The notes beneath the pieces were generated by a model that was not told where the DNA came from, searched no databases, and was given only the letters and a program-made list of their open reading frames with translations. This document shows positions 33,789 through 41,607 of a stretch of 42,137 bases of DNA, piece after piece (within the stretch, counting starts at the first letter, position 1; every line of letters begins with the position of its first letter). The stretch comes from a virus (Duplodnaviria; Heunggongvirae; Uroviricota; Caudoviricetes), in the IMG/VR virus record IMGVR_UViG_3300022468_000500. One strand, written 5' to 3'. Position numbers and translations under genes: made by a program.

Positions 33789-35173
33789 TAGAAGTCCCTT
33801 GATTCTTGTGCTGCTTCGCCGTTTACTTCGTGCGCACGTTTAATAGTTTTTTCTTTTTTGTCTTTTGTCTCTTTTGCAGGCGGAGTAACCTCATGCGGAC
33901 TGATCCTTAGTGTATCCCAATTAATGCCACTAGTTACTTTCATTTCTCTAGAGCCACGAATTTTTGTTGTTTCAAAACCAATAGCACCCGTTTCTTTATC
34001 AAACGCTTCCATAAGGATAGCAATGTCTGCTGCATCGAGAATACCCTTTGCAAAACGAGCTTCGCCTTTTTCGTCAATCTGGTAAGGACTAACTACTAAA
34101 AGATCGTACTTACGCGCTAATTCTTTTAGTTTCTTACTTACAGCTACTTGAGGTTGCCAATCAAATTGACTGCTTGCACCTTCTAGTACAATCTGGTTCA
34201 AGTAGTCAACTACTGCTGTAGTTAGTTTATCACCAAATTTAGCTTTTAATTTGCCTAAGTGTAGGTCAATTGAAGTTAATGTTAGAGCACGATCATCAAT
34301 AATGATGATTTGATTATCAGCTTTAAGCGTTTTAGTTCTAACTAGTTCCGCTTCAAACTTAAATCTATCTCTATCTACTAGGAACTTATCTACTAAGTCA
34401 TCCGCACTTTCGAACATTGCTGCACGAGTACGGACAAGTTTTAACACTTGCTCAGGTGTTAAGGTATTCTTCTTAATAGCTTGATGATCTACATCAGCTA
34501 GGATCGACATAATACGCTGGAAGGTTTCCAGGTATGTCATTTCGATCGTAAAGAATACGCTAGTATTACCTGATTCGTACTGATTTACGCAAATATTAGC
34601 AGCACAAATGGATTTACCAGAACCACGACGGCCACCAATAAGAATCAGTTCTTCACGTGCTGGCATTACTGCCGCATCAAACGTATTATTAACACCCATC
34701 GGCACTTTATTAGCCGATACATCATCTTCAGTTTGGAAAAGCAAAACTTCGGACATGTTATACACGCCCTCAGTAGTAAGTGTCTTTTCGTCTAGTGTTA
34801 GAACAATACTTGCTAAATTATCTTTTATTTCTTGAGAGTCGTAGACAGGTAATTTGTCTACAAACTTATCCAGTAAGTCCACAGCAACATTCTGTGTATA
34901 CTGATCTAGTAAAGCCTCGAAAGCAACTTCAATAGATACATCTGGAACATCGATCAGCTTAATGGTAGCTAGAATCTTCTCAGTAGGGGAATCCCTAGTA
35001 GATACCTCTAACTCGTCGAATGACGGAATGACACTATGCTTCGAATAATGTCTATTAATTGCGGTATAAACAGAAGTGTACGCAGCATCCAAAAAAGCCA
35101 GCTTCAGCTTTGCCCAGATTTCTAAATTTCTTTCCTGAAGCAGCTTATTAAGAATTAACGCACTAGTATCCAT
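33788..35173 (-). CDS. D6: DnaB-like replicative helicase (T5 D6)
   Basis: Walker A GGRRGSGKS, FTIEM, VVDYLNQ and SPYQ. Confidence 0.9.
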   Translation of the reverse strand: MDTSALILNKLLQERNLEIWAKLKLAFLDAAYTSVYTAINRHYSKHSVIPSFDELEVSTRDSPTEKILATIKLIDVPDVSIEVAFEALLDQYTQNVAVDLLDKFVDKLPVYDSQEIKDNLASIVLTLDEKTLTTEGVYNMSEVLLFQTEDDVSANKVPMGVNNTFDAAVMPAREELILIGGRRGSGKSICAANICVNQYESGNTSVFFTIEMTYLETFQRIMSILADVDHQAIKKNTLTPEQVLKLVRTRAAMFESADDLVDKFLVDRDRFKFEAELVRTKTLKADNQIIIIDDRALTLTSIDLHLGKLKAKFGDKLTTAVVDYLNQIVLEGASSQFDWQPQVAVSKKLKELARKYDLLVVSPYQIDEKGEARFAKGILDAADIAILMEAFDKETGAIGFETTKIRGSREMKVTSGINWDTLRISPHEVTPPAKETKDKKEKTIKRAHEVNGEAAQESRDF

Positions 35174-35472
35174 TATCCTACCTTAGATTCATTGTCGATT
35201 ATGACTTGATCAATTATCTCCTCGACTTTTAGTAGTACGTTTTGTCGCAACTTCTTTAAGTCATGTTGATAAGTCCCACCTTTATCAAATAAAAGGCTAA
35301 TTTGCTCATGCGTTATTAGTTGATTTAATCCAAAATAGATTAAGTCGTATGGTAGAGTAGAGTCAGGCATTATACTTACCTGAACATTCTTGCCATACGT
35401 TGAGTGTGCCAGTTTAACAACTTCTTCAACTGTTAAACTGGTATTGTCCGTGTATTTAACTGTTACATCCAT
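35173..35472 (-). CDS. Conserved T5-like hypothetical protein between D5 and helicase
   Basis: Likely start is ATG 35472 (MDVTVKY), because the ORF-track start at 35523 reads through a terminator hairpin. Confidence 0.7.
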   Translation of the reverse strand: MDVTVKYTDNTSLTVEEVVKLAHSTYGKNVQVSIMPDSTLPYDLIYFGLNQLITHEQISLLFDKGGTYQHDLKKLRQNVLLKVEEIIDQVIIDNESKVG

Positions 35473-35486
35473 GCGTTTTACAAACG

Positions 35487-35521
35487 AAAAAAGCGCGGAG
35501 ACTCCATCGAAATCTCCGCGC
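35487..35521 (-). terminator. Terminator after D5
   Basis: On the - strand: GCGCGGAGA-loop-TCTCCGCGC followed by TTTTTT. Confidence 0.8.
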
Positions 35522-35539
35522 ATATTCTTATTATTTTAA

Positions 35540-36295
35540 TTAAGCGGTAGCAGCAGTCTTAGCAGCGGCCTTATCATGCTTGGTCTTACCATCATAATCG
35601 GCAACCTTAATGCCACGACGCGTTAGCAACGTACGAATACCACGCTCTGTCTTGTCTACGGCAGTAGCAATTTCTGCAACCGTCATAGTAACTAGCTTAT
35701 CGCCTAGAGCCTCTACTGGGTCCACATCAGTCTTAGCATAGCTTTGACGTTGTGTAGGGATACCAGAAATCTGACCACTACGGCTTAGACTTAGAGCCTT
35801 GCCACGTACGGAAGCGATAGGCTTACCTAGAGCTTCTGCAATGTCTTCGATAAATGCCTTGTTATTTACAAGTTCTACGAACTTAGCTTCTTCAGCCGGA
35901 GTATACGTGCGAGCTACTTCTAGCTTTTCGGTTGGCTTAACTGAGCCAGTTAGTTCTAGAGCTAATAGCTTGCCTTGAATTTGTTTAGCAGTAAACTTAC
36001 CACCGTTAAATTGTTCAGCGATTTCTTTATAAGTGTATTGGCCAGCATTTGAAGATACGAATGCGCTTAGTGCAGCACCTTCGTCAGCCGTAAACGCGCT
36101 AACCTTTTCCTTAGCCATTGAAGCAACTTCGCGGCCTAGTTGACGTAGCTTACTGGCCACTGATCGGGCAGTAACGTTTAGTTGTGTGGCTACCGCTTCA
36201 ACGGTTGCAGCGCTAACAATGGATTCGCTAGCAGTCATGCTGTTTAGAGTAGCTACGGCTTCGTCAGACCACTTCTTGTTGTTCTTTTCTGTCAT
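35540..36295 (-). CDS. D5: T5 D5-like DNA-binding protein
   Basis: Repeated HTH-like units (TARSVASKLR, YTYKEIAE, IRGKALSL-like VRGKALSL, ERGIRTLLTRRG), with T5 synteny. Confidence 0.88.
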   Translation of the reverse strand: MTEKNNKKWSDEAVATLNSMTASESIVSAATVEAVATQLNVTARSVASKLRQLGREVASMAKEKVSAFTADEGAALSAFVSSNAGQYTYKEIAEQFNGGKFTAKQIQGKLLALELTGSVKPTEKLEVARTYTPAEEAKFVELVNNKAFIEDIAEALGKPIASVRGKALSLSRSGQISGIPTQRQSYAKTDVDPVEALGDKLVTMTVAEIATAVDKTERGIRTLLTRRGIKVADYDGKTKHDKAAAKTAATA

Positions 36296-36296
36296 G

Positions 36297-37064
36297 TTAT
36301 TGTTTTCCTAAAAAATCTAATAGATTGGTGATGATTGGGATTCCTAGCTCTTCGGCCTTTTGCCGTTTTGAGCTACCTTTATTACCTTCGTCTAACAAGT
36401 AGTCGGTTTTGGAACTTATTGTATCGACTACCCTGTAACCATGAGCCGTCAACTGTGCCGTTGCTTCAGCCTTGGTACTACAAGTAACCAACTTACCAGT
36501 AATACAGATAGTTTTACCTGTAGCAGCTGATTCATTGGATTTTTTACTTTCAAAAGAAAAGGGCCAGAAGTCCCTAGTCTCTTTAAATTCTGTGTCTAGC
36601 CAAGTTAAAAGGTTATTAGTTACCTTTTCACCTAAACCTGCTAATTTACAAGTTTCTGCGTTAATTTCATCAATATGTGAAACTACACTAGAAATCTTTG
36701 TTGATGCCGTCATTCCAACTAGAGGGATGGACATTGCAGCTAATACCTGAGCTAAAGGAGCTTGTTTAGAGTTTTCAATCTCGGCAAATAGCTTTTCTGC
36801 TGTTTTTGTTGAACCAATCAAACTAGCGATTTCGGATTGATCCAAGTAGTAAAGTTCCGTTAAATCAGTAAGGTTTAACGCTTCAATAGTTTTAGGGCCT
36901 AAACCCTTGATACCGATTACTTTTACAAATTGTTCAGCCTTCTTCTGAATCTGTGCATCACATGCAGTGTTACGACAGAATAGTTGTTGATTAACAAACT
37001 CTAATTTGTAGTTACATGCTGGACAGCATGTTGGAATCTCGATTCGAGTGTTTTCTGAATTCAT
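36297..37064 (-). CDS. ligB: NAD-dependent DNA ligase, subunit B (Zn finger, HhH, BRCT)
   Basis: CPACN...CRNTAC, GIKGLGPKT and ICITGKL BRCT, matching the split ligase of T5. Confidence 0.9.
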   Translation of the reverse strand: MNSENTRIEIPTCCPACNYKLEFVNQQLFCRNTACDAQIQKKAEQFVKVIGIKGLGPKTIEALNLTDLTELYYLDQSEIASLIGSTKTAEKLFAEIENSKQAPLAQVLAAMSIPLVGMTASTKISSVVSHIDEINAETCKLAGLGEKVTNNLLTWLDTEFKETRDFWPFSFESKKSNESAATGKTICITGKLVTCSTKAEATAQLTAHGYRVVDTISSKTDYLLDEGNKGSSKRQKAEELGIPIITNLLDFLGKQ

Positions 37065-37070
37065 GCCATA

Positions 37071-37099
37071 ATTATACCGCGTTTTGCTAATAGGGTCAA
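37071..37099 (-). promoter_or_regulatory. Promoter for ligB, predicted leaderless
   Basis: TTGACC-17 nt-TATAAT, then 6 nt, then ATG. Confidence 0.8.
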
Positions 37100-37118
37100 G
37101 TGTAAATTTTCGATGCTA

Positions 37119-38087
37119 TCAAGCGTCTACTTTATACAAAATTCTAGGGATGATCTCTCCAGCTCTCTCAATTGCTACTGTGTCTCCGACACGAAGATCG
37201 AGTGCCTCAATAAAGCCGGGATTGTTCAAAGTAGCACGAGATACTAAAGCATCGCCAACCAGCACAGGTTCTAGTATAGCGACTGGTGTCACTTTACCGG
37301 AACGGCCTACATTCCATTCAACACGAAGTAGCTTAGTTTCAATAGCTTCGCCACGCTCTTTAATAGCCACAGCACCTTTTGGATGCTTTGACGTAAAGCC
37401 CATTTCTAAAAATTCTTTATTACTATTGACGCGGTCTACGAAGCCATCACAAGGGTAAATCGTATCCAATTTAGTATTAAGAATTGTCTGGAAACCCAGA
37501 GACTCTAGGAATTGCATGTCTTCCAGATAAGTACTAAAATAACCTATCTGATCTGGAATAGTTTGCACGCTATACGCAAAGAATGCTAGCGTACGTTCTT
37601 TGAACTCTCCCACACTCTTTAGATTGAGTGCACCGGCAGCATAATTACGAGAATTCTCGATATTCTTAGGAGCTACAATTTCTCCAGTAATTTGTAGAAT
37701 ATCCGGGCCATTACGGCCAATGCTAGTAGGAATGATAACGCCGTCTTGGAACTTGTCAGTGATAACAGTACCTTCGATACCGTCACCGCGTGTCATAACA
37801 CGAGCAAGTTCACCTTTGATATACAATACGCTGATAGCTGCACCATCTAATTTTAGACTGCGTACTTTTTTCTTATCAGCGATAGGATTCTTTGTCTCAC
37901 CCTCATAATGCTTTTGAAGTGAGTACATTCTGAAGTAGTGCTTCTCGATATGGCCATGCTGTTTAGCACCTACGGCATTGTAGCCAATGGACTCAGCAAG
38001 TCGATCGAATGCTTCATCAGACAGAAAAGGTTCACCGTTGTAATAGGCTTTAGAGGCTTCGTCAAGATATAGTTTAATTCTGTTCAT
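37119..38087 (-). CDS. ligA: NAD-dependent DNA ligase, subunit A (adenylation + OB)
   Basis: YYNGEPFLSDEAFD, KLDG motif I, TRGDGIEG, NYAAGAL, CDGFV and GRSGKVTPVA. Confidence 0.93.
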   Translation of the reverse strand: MNRIKLYLDEASKAYYNGEPFLSDEAFDRLAESIGYNAVGAKQHGHIEKHYFRMYSLQKHYEGETKNPIADKKKVRSLKLDGAAISVLYIKGELARVMTRGDGIEGTVITDKFQDGVIIPTSIGRNGPDILQITGEIVAPKNIENSRNYAAGALNLKSVGEFKERTLAFFAYSVQTIPDQIGYFSTYLEDMQFLESLGFQTILNTKLDTIYPCDGFVDRVNSNKEFLEMGFTSKHPKGAVAIKERGEAIETKLLRVEWNVGRSGKVTPVAILEPVLVGDALVSRATLNNPGFIEALDLRVGDTVAIERAGEIIPRILYKVDA

Positions 38088-38093
38088 GACTAT

Positions 38094-38122
38094 ATTATAC
38101 TACTTTAACTTGGCTCTGGCAA
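38094..38122 (-). promoter_or_regulatory. Promoter for ligA, predicted leaderless
   Basis: TTGCCA-17 nt-TATAAT, then 6 nt, then ATG. Confidence 0.8.
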
Positions 38123-38413
38123 GTTTAATTTTTTCTCGGTAAAATGCTTCATGATAGCAGCACGATCTTCTTCATTGGACAATACATCCATCACACCATC
38201 TAACAAAGTTAAAGCACTTTGTAAAGTGTATTCCATACTAACACCTTCTCTAGAGGCAATGTATTCACCTTCGTAGGATAGGAAATACTTACGAAGCTGT
38301 AAGTACTGTACTCCTCGGAATACAGAAACAACTAATTTTAGTTGGAAGCCTTTAGCTTCATTTGTAGAGATAATTTTTTCGTATAAAATCTCATCTTCTA
38401 AGTCTAATACCAT
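38105..38413 (-). CDS. PC4-like ssDNA-binding protein (T5 PC4 homolog)
   Basis: VFRGVQYLQLRKYF...GVSM motif, upstream of the ligase as in T5. Probable start is ATG 38413 (SD GGAG), with 38470 as an alternative. The ORF-track start at 38575 is unlikely. Confidence 0.75.
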   Translation of the reverse strand: MVLDLEDEILYEKIISTNEAKGFQLKLVVSVFRGVQYLQLRKYFLSYEGEYIASREGVSMEYTLQSALTLLDGVMDVLSNEEDRAAIMKHFTEKKLNLPEPS

Positions 38414-38510
38414 TCTGGGCATACTCCATAGGTTTAGAGGCCCAAAATGTATGTCAGGCCACGTAATCATTTGAACATTGGGAATTGTTGTGGTTTGGCG
38501 CGGGTTAAAT

Positions 38511-38669
38511 TTAATCGTAGTGAATACCAAATGCAGTGTAAACTTTAAACTGCTTGAGTCGAGGATTAAGTGCAATATACTCGCTATAACGAATTCTAGG
38601 AACTAGTGCCCATCGCTCCCACTGCCAGAAAAATGTCCCAAATTGAACATTGAACCATAGGTTGCTCAT
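38511..38669 (-). CDS. Small hypothetical protein (52 aa), below the ORF-track cutoff
   Basis: MSNLWFNVQFGTFFWQWERWALVPRIRYSEYIALNPRLKQFKVYTAFGIHYD. Its ATG overlaps the upstream TGA (ATGA coupling). Confidence 0.6.
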   Translation of the reverse strand: MSNLWFNVQFGTFFWQWERWALVPRIRYSEYIALNPRLKQFKVYTAFGIHYD

Positions 38670-39274
38670 ACTTTAACTCCCAGCTTACGTAAGTGATCAA
38701 GACTGGCTAATTCGTAAGCTTCTTGCCAGGCATATTGTAATTGCTTTTCTGATAGCAACCACACTCGGTAGATAAAGCAGCCACGCTTAGGGTCATGTTG
38801 CTCTTTCTCAATTTTAGCCATTGAGTCATACCTAGCTGAGTATACTTGCTCACCTACACTAAATCTATCCCGTTGAGCTTCTTCAGGAATTAGTTCAGGA
38901 CTGAAGTATGTGTGTCCAGGTACGCGTACTGGAACACCGTATTCTTCTAAAATTTGTTTAACAAAAGCAGTACCGCGATATGTAGCTTTTGTAATAGCAT
39001 CTACTGTTTGGCCTTCCATGTACTCCGAAATGATATAAGTAATTTCATCTGGAGTAGCAGGCTTGCCACGCAATGCAGCTCGTCTAGCGGCATTGCGTGC
39101 CTTAGCTTCTTTGAACTTTTCAATAATACTACCTAGACGAGTAGTATTATAAGCGATGTTGAGTAAACTACATGCTTCCTTTTTTGTAATAGGCTTCTCG
39201 GCTTCTAGTAGCGCAATTACTTTTTCAATGTTAGCGTCTTCTAGACGTTCGTGCTCTTGCTTGCGTGTTGCCAT
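38666..39274 (-). CDS. T5 D2-like DNA-binding protein
   Basis: HTH-like TKKEACSLLNI and C-terminal YRVWLLSE...YELASLDHLRKLGV, which resemble T5 D2 as remembered. Confidence 0.65.
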   Translation of the reverse strand: MATRKQEHERLEDANIEKVIALLEAEKPITKKEACSLLNIAYNTTRLGSIIEKFKEAKARNAARRAALRGKPATPDEITYIISEYMEGQTVDAITKATYRGTAFVKQILEEYGVPVRVPGHTYFSPELIPEEAQRDRFSVGEQVYSARYDSMAKIEKEQHDPKRGCFIYRVWLLSEKQLQYAWQEAYELASLDHLRKLGVKV

Positions 39275-39289
39275 ACTATACCTTAAACG

Positions 39290-39316
39290 AAAAAAGCAGC
39301 CACTAGGGCTGCTTTT
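39290..39316 (-). terminator. Terminator after D3
   Basis: On the - strand: GCAGCC-CTAGT-GGCTGC followed by TTTTTT. Confidence 0.75.
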
Positions 39317-39319
39317 AAA

Positions 39320-39688
39320 TTACGCGCTTAGGACGCCAGTAAAATATTCAGCGGCCTTACCAGTCAGCTTACCGATAATATCCATATCGGCCGCTGCACC
39401 CTTAGCTTCAATTGCTTGAACAAGAGCAGCATGCAGTTCTTCCTTACTAGCCTTCTTAGTACCAGTGCCAGTAGCCTTCTTAGTTCCACTAGAAGTTGTT
39501 GAGGAAGCTGCTTCGTCCTTCTTAATGTAGACGCCTGCCTGAATAAGTACCATACGGACTGCATTGGGGCTTAGCTCCATGTCTTCCGCGATTTGCTTTA
39601 CGATTTCCGTTGAATTTGCCGCAGTAGGTCCTGCGTCTTTGTATGATTGTACGGCCTTAGCCTTGCTTTCGTCTGTCCATGTCGTCAT
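39320..39688 (-). CDS. D3: T5 D3-like DNA-binding protein
   Basis: MTTWTDE...SPNAVRMVLIQAGVYIKK and IIGKLTGKAA. Confidence 0.85.
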   Translation of the reverse strand: MTTWTDESKAKAVQSYKDAGPTAANSTEIVKQIAEDMELSPNAVRMVLIQAGVYIKKDEAASSTTSSGTKKATGTGTKKASKEELHAALVQAIEAKGAAADMDIIGKLTGKAAEYFTGVLSA

Positions 39689-39739
39689 GTATTGTATCCT
39701 GTTAAGTGCTAATGTTACCCGTTAGGGTTTTGAGAAATC

Positions 39740-39823
39740 TGGTGCCCTCTGTCTGAATCGAACAGACCTTGACTTTCATCGACGGCTTACAAAGCCGTTG
39801 CAATCCCACTATGCGAAAAGGGC
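39740..39823 (-). tRNA. tRNA-Thr(UGU) with long variable arm, 84 nt, CCA encoded
   Basis: Acceptor GCCCTTT/AGAGGGC, anticodon arm ACGGC-TTTGTAA-GCCGT, T arm GTCTG-TTCGATT-CAGAC and ACCA end. Confidence 0.85.
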
Positions 39824-40039
39824 TTATAATTTAACTAAACGTCCATCACATAAAATGTTAAGATAAGGATCGTTATTGTTATCTAAAAATGCATAAGACT
39901 TCATATGATCGTAATACTCTAGACCACATGATTGACATATTGAACCGCCACCGACTCTAAGTATTTCATTAGGATTATTGTTAGAGATTGTTAAATCTAA
40001 ACAAACCTGGGTCAGTTCATTTAATTGTCGTATACGCAT
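39824..40039 (-). CDS. Hypothetical protein (71 aa) with Cys/His cluster, between tRNAs
   Basis: ICQSCG...H...LCDGRLVKL. The start is ATG 40039, because the longer ORF-track version runs through tRNA-Asp. Confidence 0.65.
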   Translation of the reverse strand: MRIRQLNELTQVCLDLTISNNNPNEILRVGGGSICQSCGLEYYDHMKSYAFLDNNNDPYLNILCDGRLVKL

Positions 40040-40045
40040 GTTAAA

Positions 40046-40125
40046 TGGCGGATGTGAAGGGGATCGAACCCTCCTGAATATCTGCAGTGACAGTGCAGCG
40101 ACCACACCAAGCAGTCCCCACATCC
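40046..40125 (-). tRNA. tRNA-Asp(GUC), 80 nt, CCA encoded
   Basis: Acceptor GGATGTG/CACATCC, anticodon arm CTGCA-CTGTCAC-TGCAG, T arm GAGGG-TTCGATC-CCCTT and G73. Confidence 0.9.
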
Positions 40126-40132
40126 TTATTAT

Positions 40133-40522
40133 TTAATCACCATCTGCATAAAGATGGTCTTCAATATGACTTAGTACTCCTGTACCAAACGTGTAAATTG
40201 GGTATGCGGAAGCACGCACACGATTAATGATTCCGAGTGACGCCATGAATACTTCTGCTGCTTCCAGTGAAATTTCACTAATAGTAGTATTAGCTAATAC
40301 GTCAGAGCCATATAGAAACTCGTTAGTACCAAAGTACATTTCTACGTCTCGTTCAGAAGGCTGATACCTTGAGTTATCTCCTTCGTCGATATATTCCTCA
40401 AAAGAACACATGCGTTTCAGTGCATTCTGTACTTGTTCTATCGAGGCACTGAAAATAATAGCGAACTCTTCGCAGTTAAATTCATCAGCGTAGTTAGCAT
40501 TCAGCTTAAGGAGAATAGGCAT
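40133..40522 (-). CDS. Hypothetical acidic protein (129 aa) between tRNAs
   Basis: The ORF fills the gap between tRNA-Trp and tRNA-Asp. Confidence 0.65.
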   Translation of the reverse strand: MPILLKLNANYADEFNCEEFAIIFSASIEQVQNALKRMCSFEEYIDEGDNSRYQPSERDVEMYFGTNEFLYGSDVLANTTISEISLEAAEVFMASLGIINRVRASAYPIYTFGTGVLSHIEDHLYADGD

Positions 40523-40539
40523 TTGTTAATTTTGTAAAG

Positions 40540-40615
40540 TGGCAACCCAACTAGGACTCGAACCTAGACCGCACGGATTTGGAGGCCGGCATCCTGCCAA
40601 TTGGACTATTGAGTT
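40540..40615 (-). tRNA. tRNA-Trp(CCA), 76 nt, CCA encoded
   Basis: Acceptor AACTCAA/TTGGGTT, loop CT-CCA-AA, T arm CTAGG-TTCGAGT-CCTAG and G73. The anticodon stem has two mismatches. Confidence 0.85.
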
Positions 40616-40874
40616 ATACGTTCTGTACGTTTGACATACCAGACGGTTTGAATTGACGATAATTATGTTCAATATCAAACTTGCGCATAGCAACATTAAC
40701 ACGAGCTTTAAACTCGTTTACTAGCTCAGTGTATTCCATCTCGAATAGCCTTGCTAGTGTAGGGTCCATACCCGTTACGTCGATACCACATTGGTTAGCT
40801 TCCGGCCCTGTAGTCTTTACGATTACACGAGAAGACACGGAACCATCGGCTTTTGTATAGTCAAACTTAATCAT
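40614..40874 (-). CDS. Hypothetical protein (86 aa; WYL/SH3-like N-terminus)
   Basis: The pattern FDYTKADGSVSSR, and it lies directly downstream of a promoter. Confidence 0.7.
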   Translation of the reverse strand: MIKFDYTKADGSVSSRVIVKTTGPEANQCGIDVTGMDPTLARLFEMEYTELVNEFKARVNVAMRKFDIEHNYRQFKPSGMSNVQNV

Positions 40875-40900
40875 TTTGTTTTATTTCCGAAGAAGTATAT

Positions 40901-40929
40901 ATTATACTTGCTTTGGCATACTAATACAA
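40901..40929 (-). promoter_or_regulatory. Promoter driving the tRNA/D3 block
   Basis: TTGTAT-17 nt-TATAAT with an upstream A/T tract. Confidence 0.75.
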
Positions 40930-40939
40930 GTCTAAATTT

Positions 40940-41197
40940 TTAATCGTTTTTAAAGGATTTATAGAGACTGAGTTCAAACGTATCTGCTGTTCCTGGATTA
41001 AACAATACATACGCCATAAAAGGGGCTATTAATAGGTAAATACTAAATAGCGTTATATAACTCAAAATCTTAAAATCAAGCATTAGATTACCGTCTTTTG
41101 CCAATTTTCTAAAGACGGGCACCGTAATGAATAGGTGAGCTACTGAAGCCGTAGCCACACCAAATATTAGGTACGCTACAATGGGGATTAACCCCAT
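40940..41197 (-). CDS. Hypothetical membrane protein (85 aa, two TM)
   Basis: Two hydrophobic segments. Confidence 0.7.
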   Translation of the reverse strand: MGLIPIVAYLIFGVATASVAHLFITVPVFRKLAKDGNLMLDFKILSYITLFSIYLLIAPFMAYVLFNPGTADTFELSLYKSFKND

Positions 41198-41607
41198 ACT
41201 AGCTGACCTCGACCGTTATGAGCGATAGCACCTAGAGCGAAGATGTTATCCTTCTTTAGGCCTGGAATGCTCTTGAATTCCAGCTTAGGGCCTAGCTGCT
41301 TTTTGCCTACTGCACGAAGTGCAGGACCAGATACCTTCTCGTTAGGGTTGAAGATGGCACGGTCCACAGTACCAGTGAACTCCTTAAATAGCTTTGCTAC
41401 TCGAATTTGAGAAGCAGACCACATTTGTGTATTGGGGGTCTTACGACGGTACACAATATTCTTTAGAGCAATCTTAATTTGCTCGTTATTAGGCTGTGCC
41501 TTTAGTGCACGCTCTAGCTTAGCCTTACGATTCTTGGCATACTTGCCGGTAGACTTGTAAGTAGCGTAGTAGCCTGCTTGTCCAGTGCTAGTCTTTTTAC
41601 CTGCCAT
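41188..41607 (-). CDS. Basic hypothetical protein, T5-like
   Basis: Lys-rich, with KYAKNRKAKLER resembling a conserved T5-like early ORF. Confidence 0.75.
   Translation of the reverse strand: MAGKKTSTGQAGYYATYKSTGKYAKNRKAKLERALKAQPNNEQIKIALKNIVYRRKTPNTQMWSASQIRVAKLFKEFTGTVDRAIFNPNEKVSGPALRAVGKKQLGPKLEFKSIPGLKKDNIFALGAIAHNGRGQLVWG

Noticed and set aside
36297-38087. Split NAD-dependent ligase as a novelty or frameshifted pseudogene
   Set aside because: The two-gene ligA/ligB arrangement is an established T5 feature, and each half has its own promoter. Only the leaderless initiation is reported.
38420-38665. Short direct repeats (AACCTATGG, CAATGTTCAA, TTTGGG) suggesting an origin or structured RNA
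   Set aside because: Most of the region is explained by a 52-aa ORF and an in-frame upstream extension of the PC4-like ORF. AAC CTA TGG encodes NLW in both places. No regular iteron spacing or long stems are present.
39740-39823. Reading the first tRNA as Tyr (long V-arm, TGTA in loop)
   Set aside because: Placing GUA at 34-36 destroys the anticodon stem. The intact 5-bp stem frames UGU and the acceptor end is Thr-like.
39824-40123. 99-aa ORF-track version of the inter-tRNA gene
   Set aside because: Its first 28 codons run through tRNA-Asp, so ATG 40039 is the plausible start.
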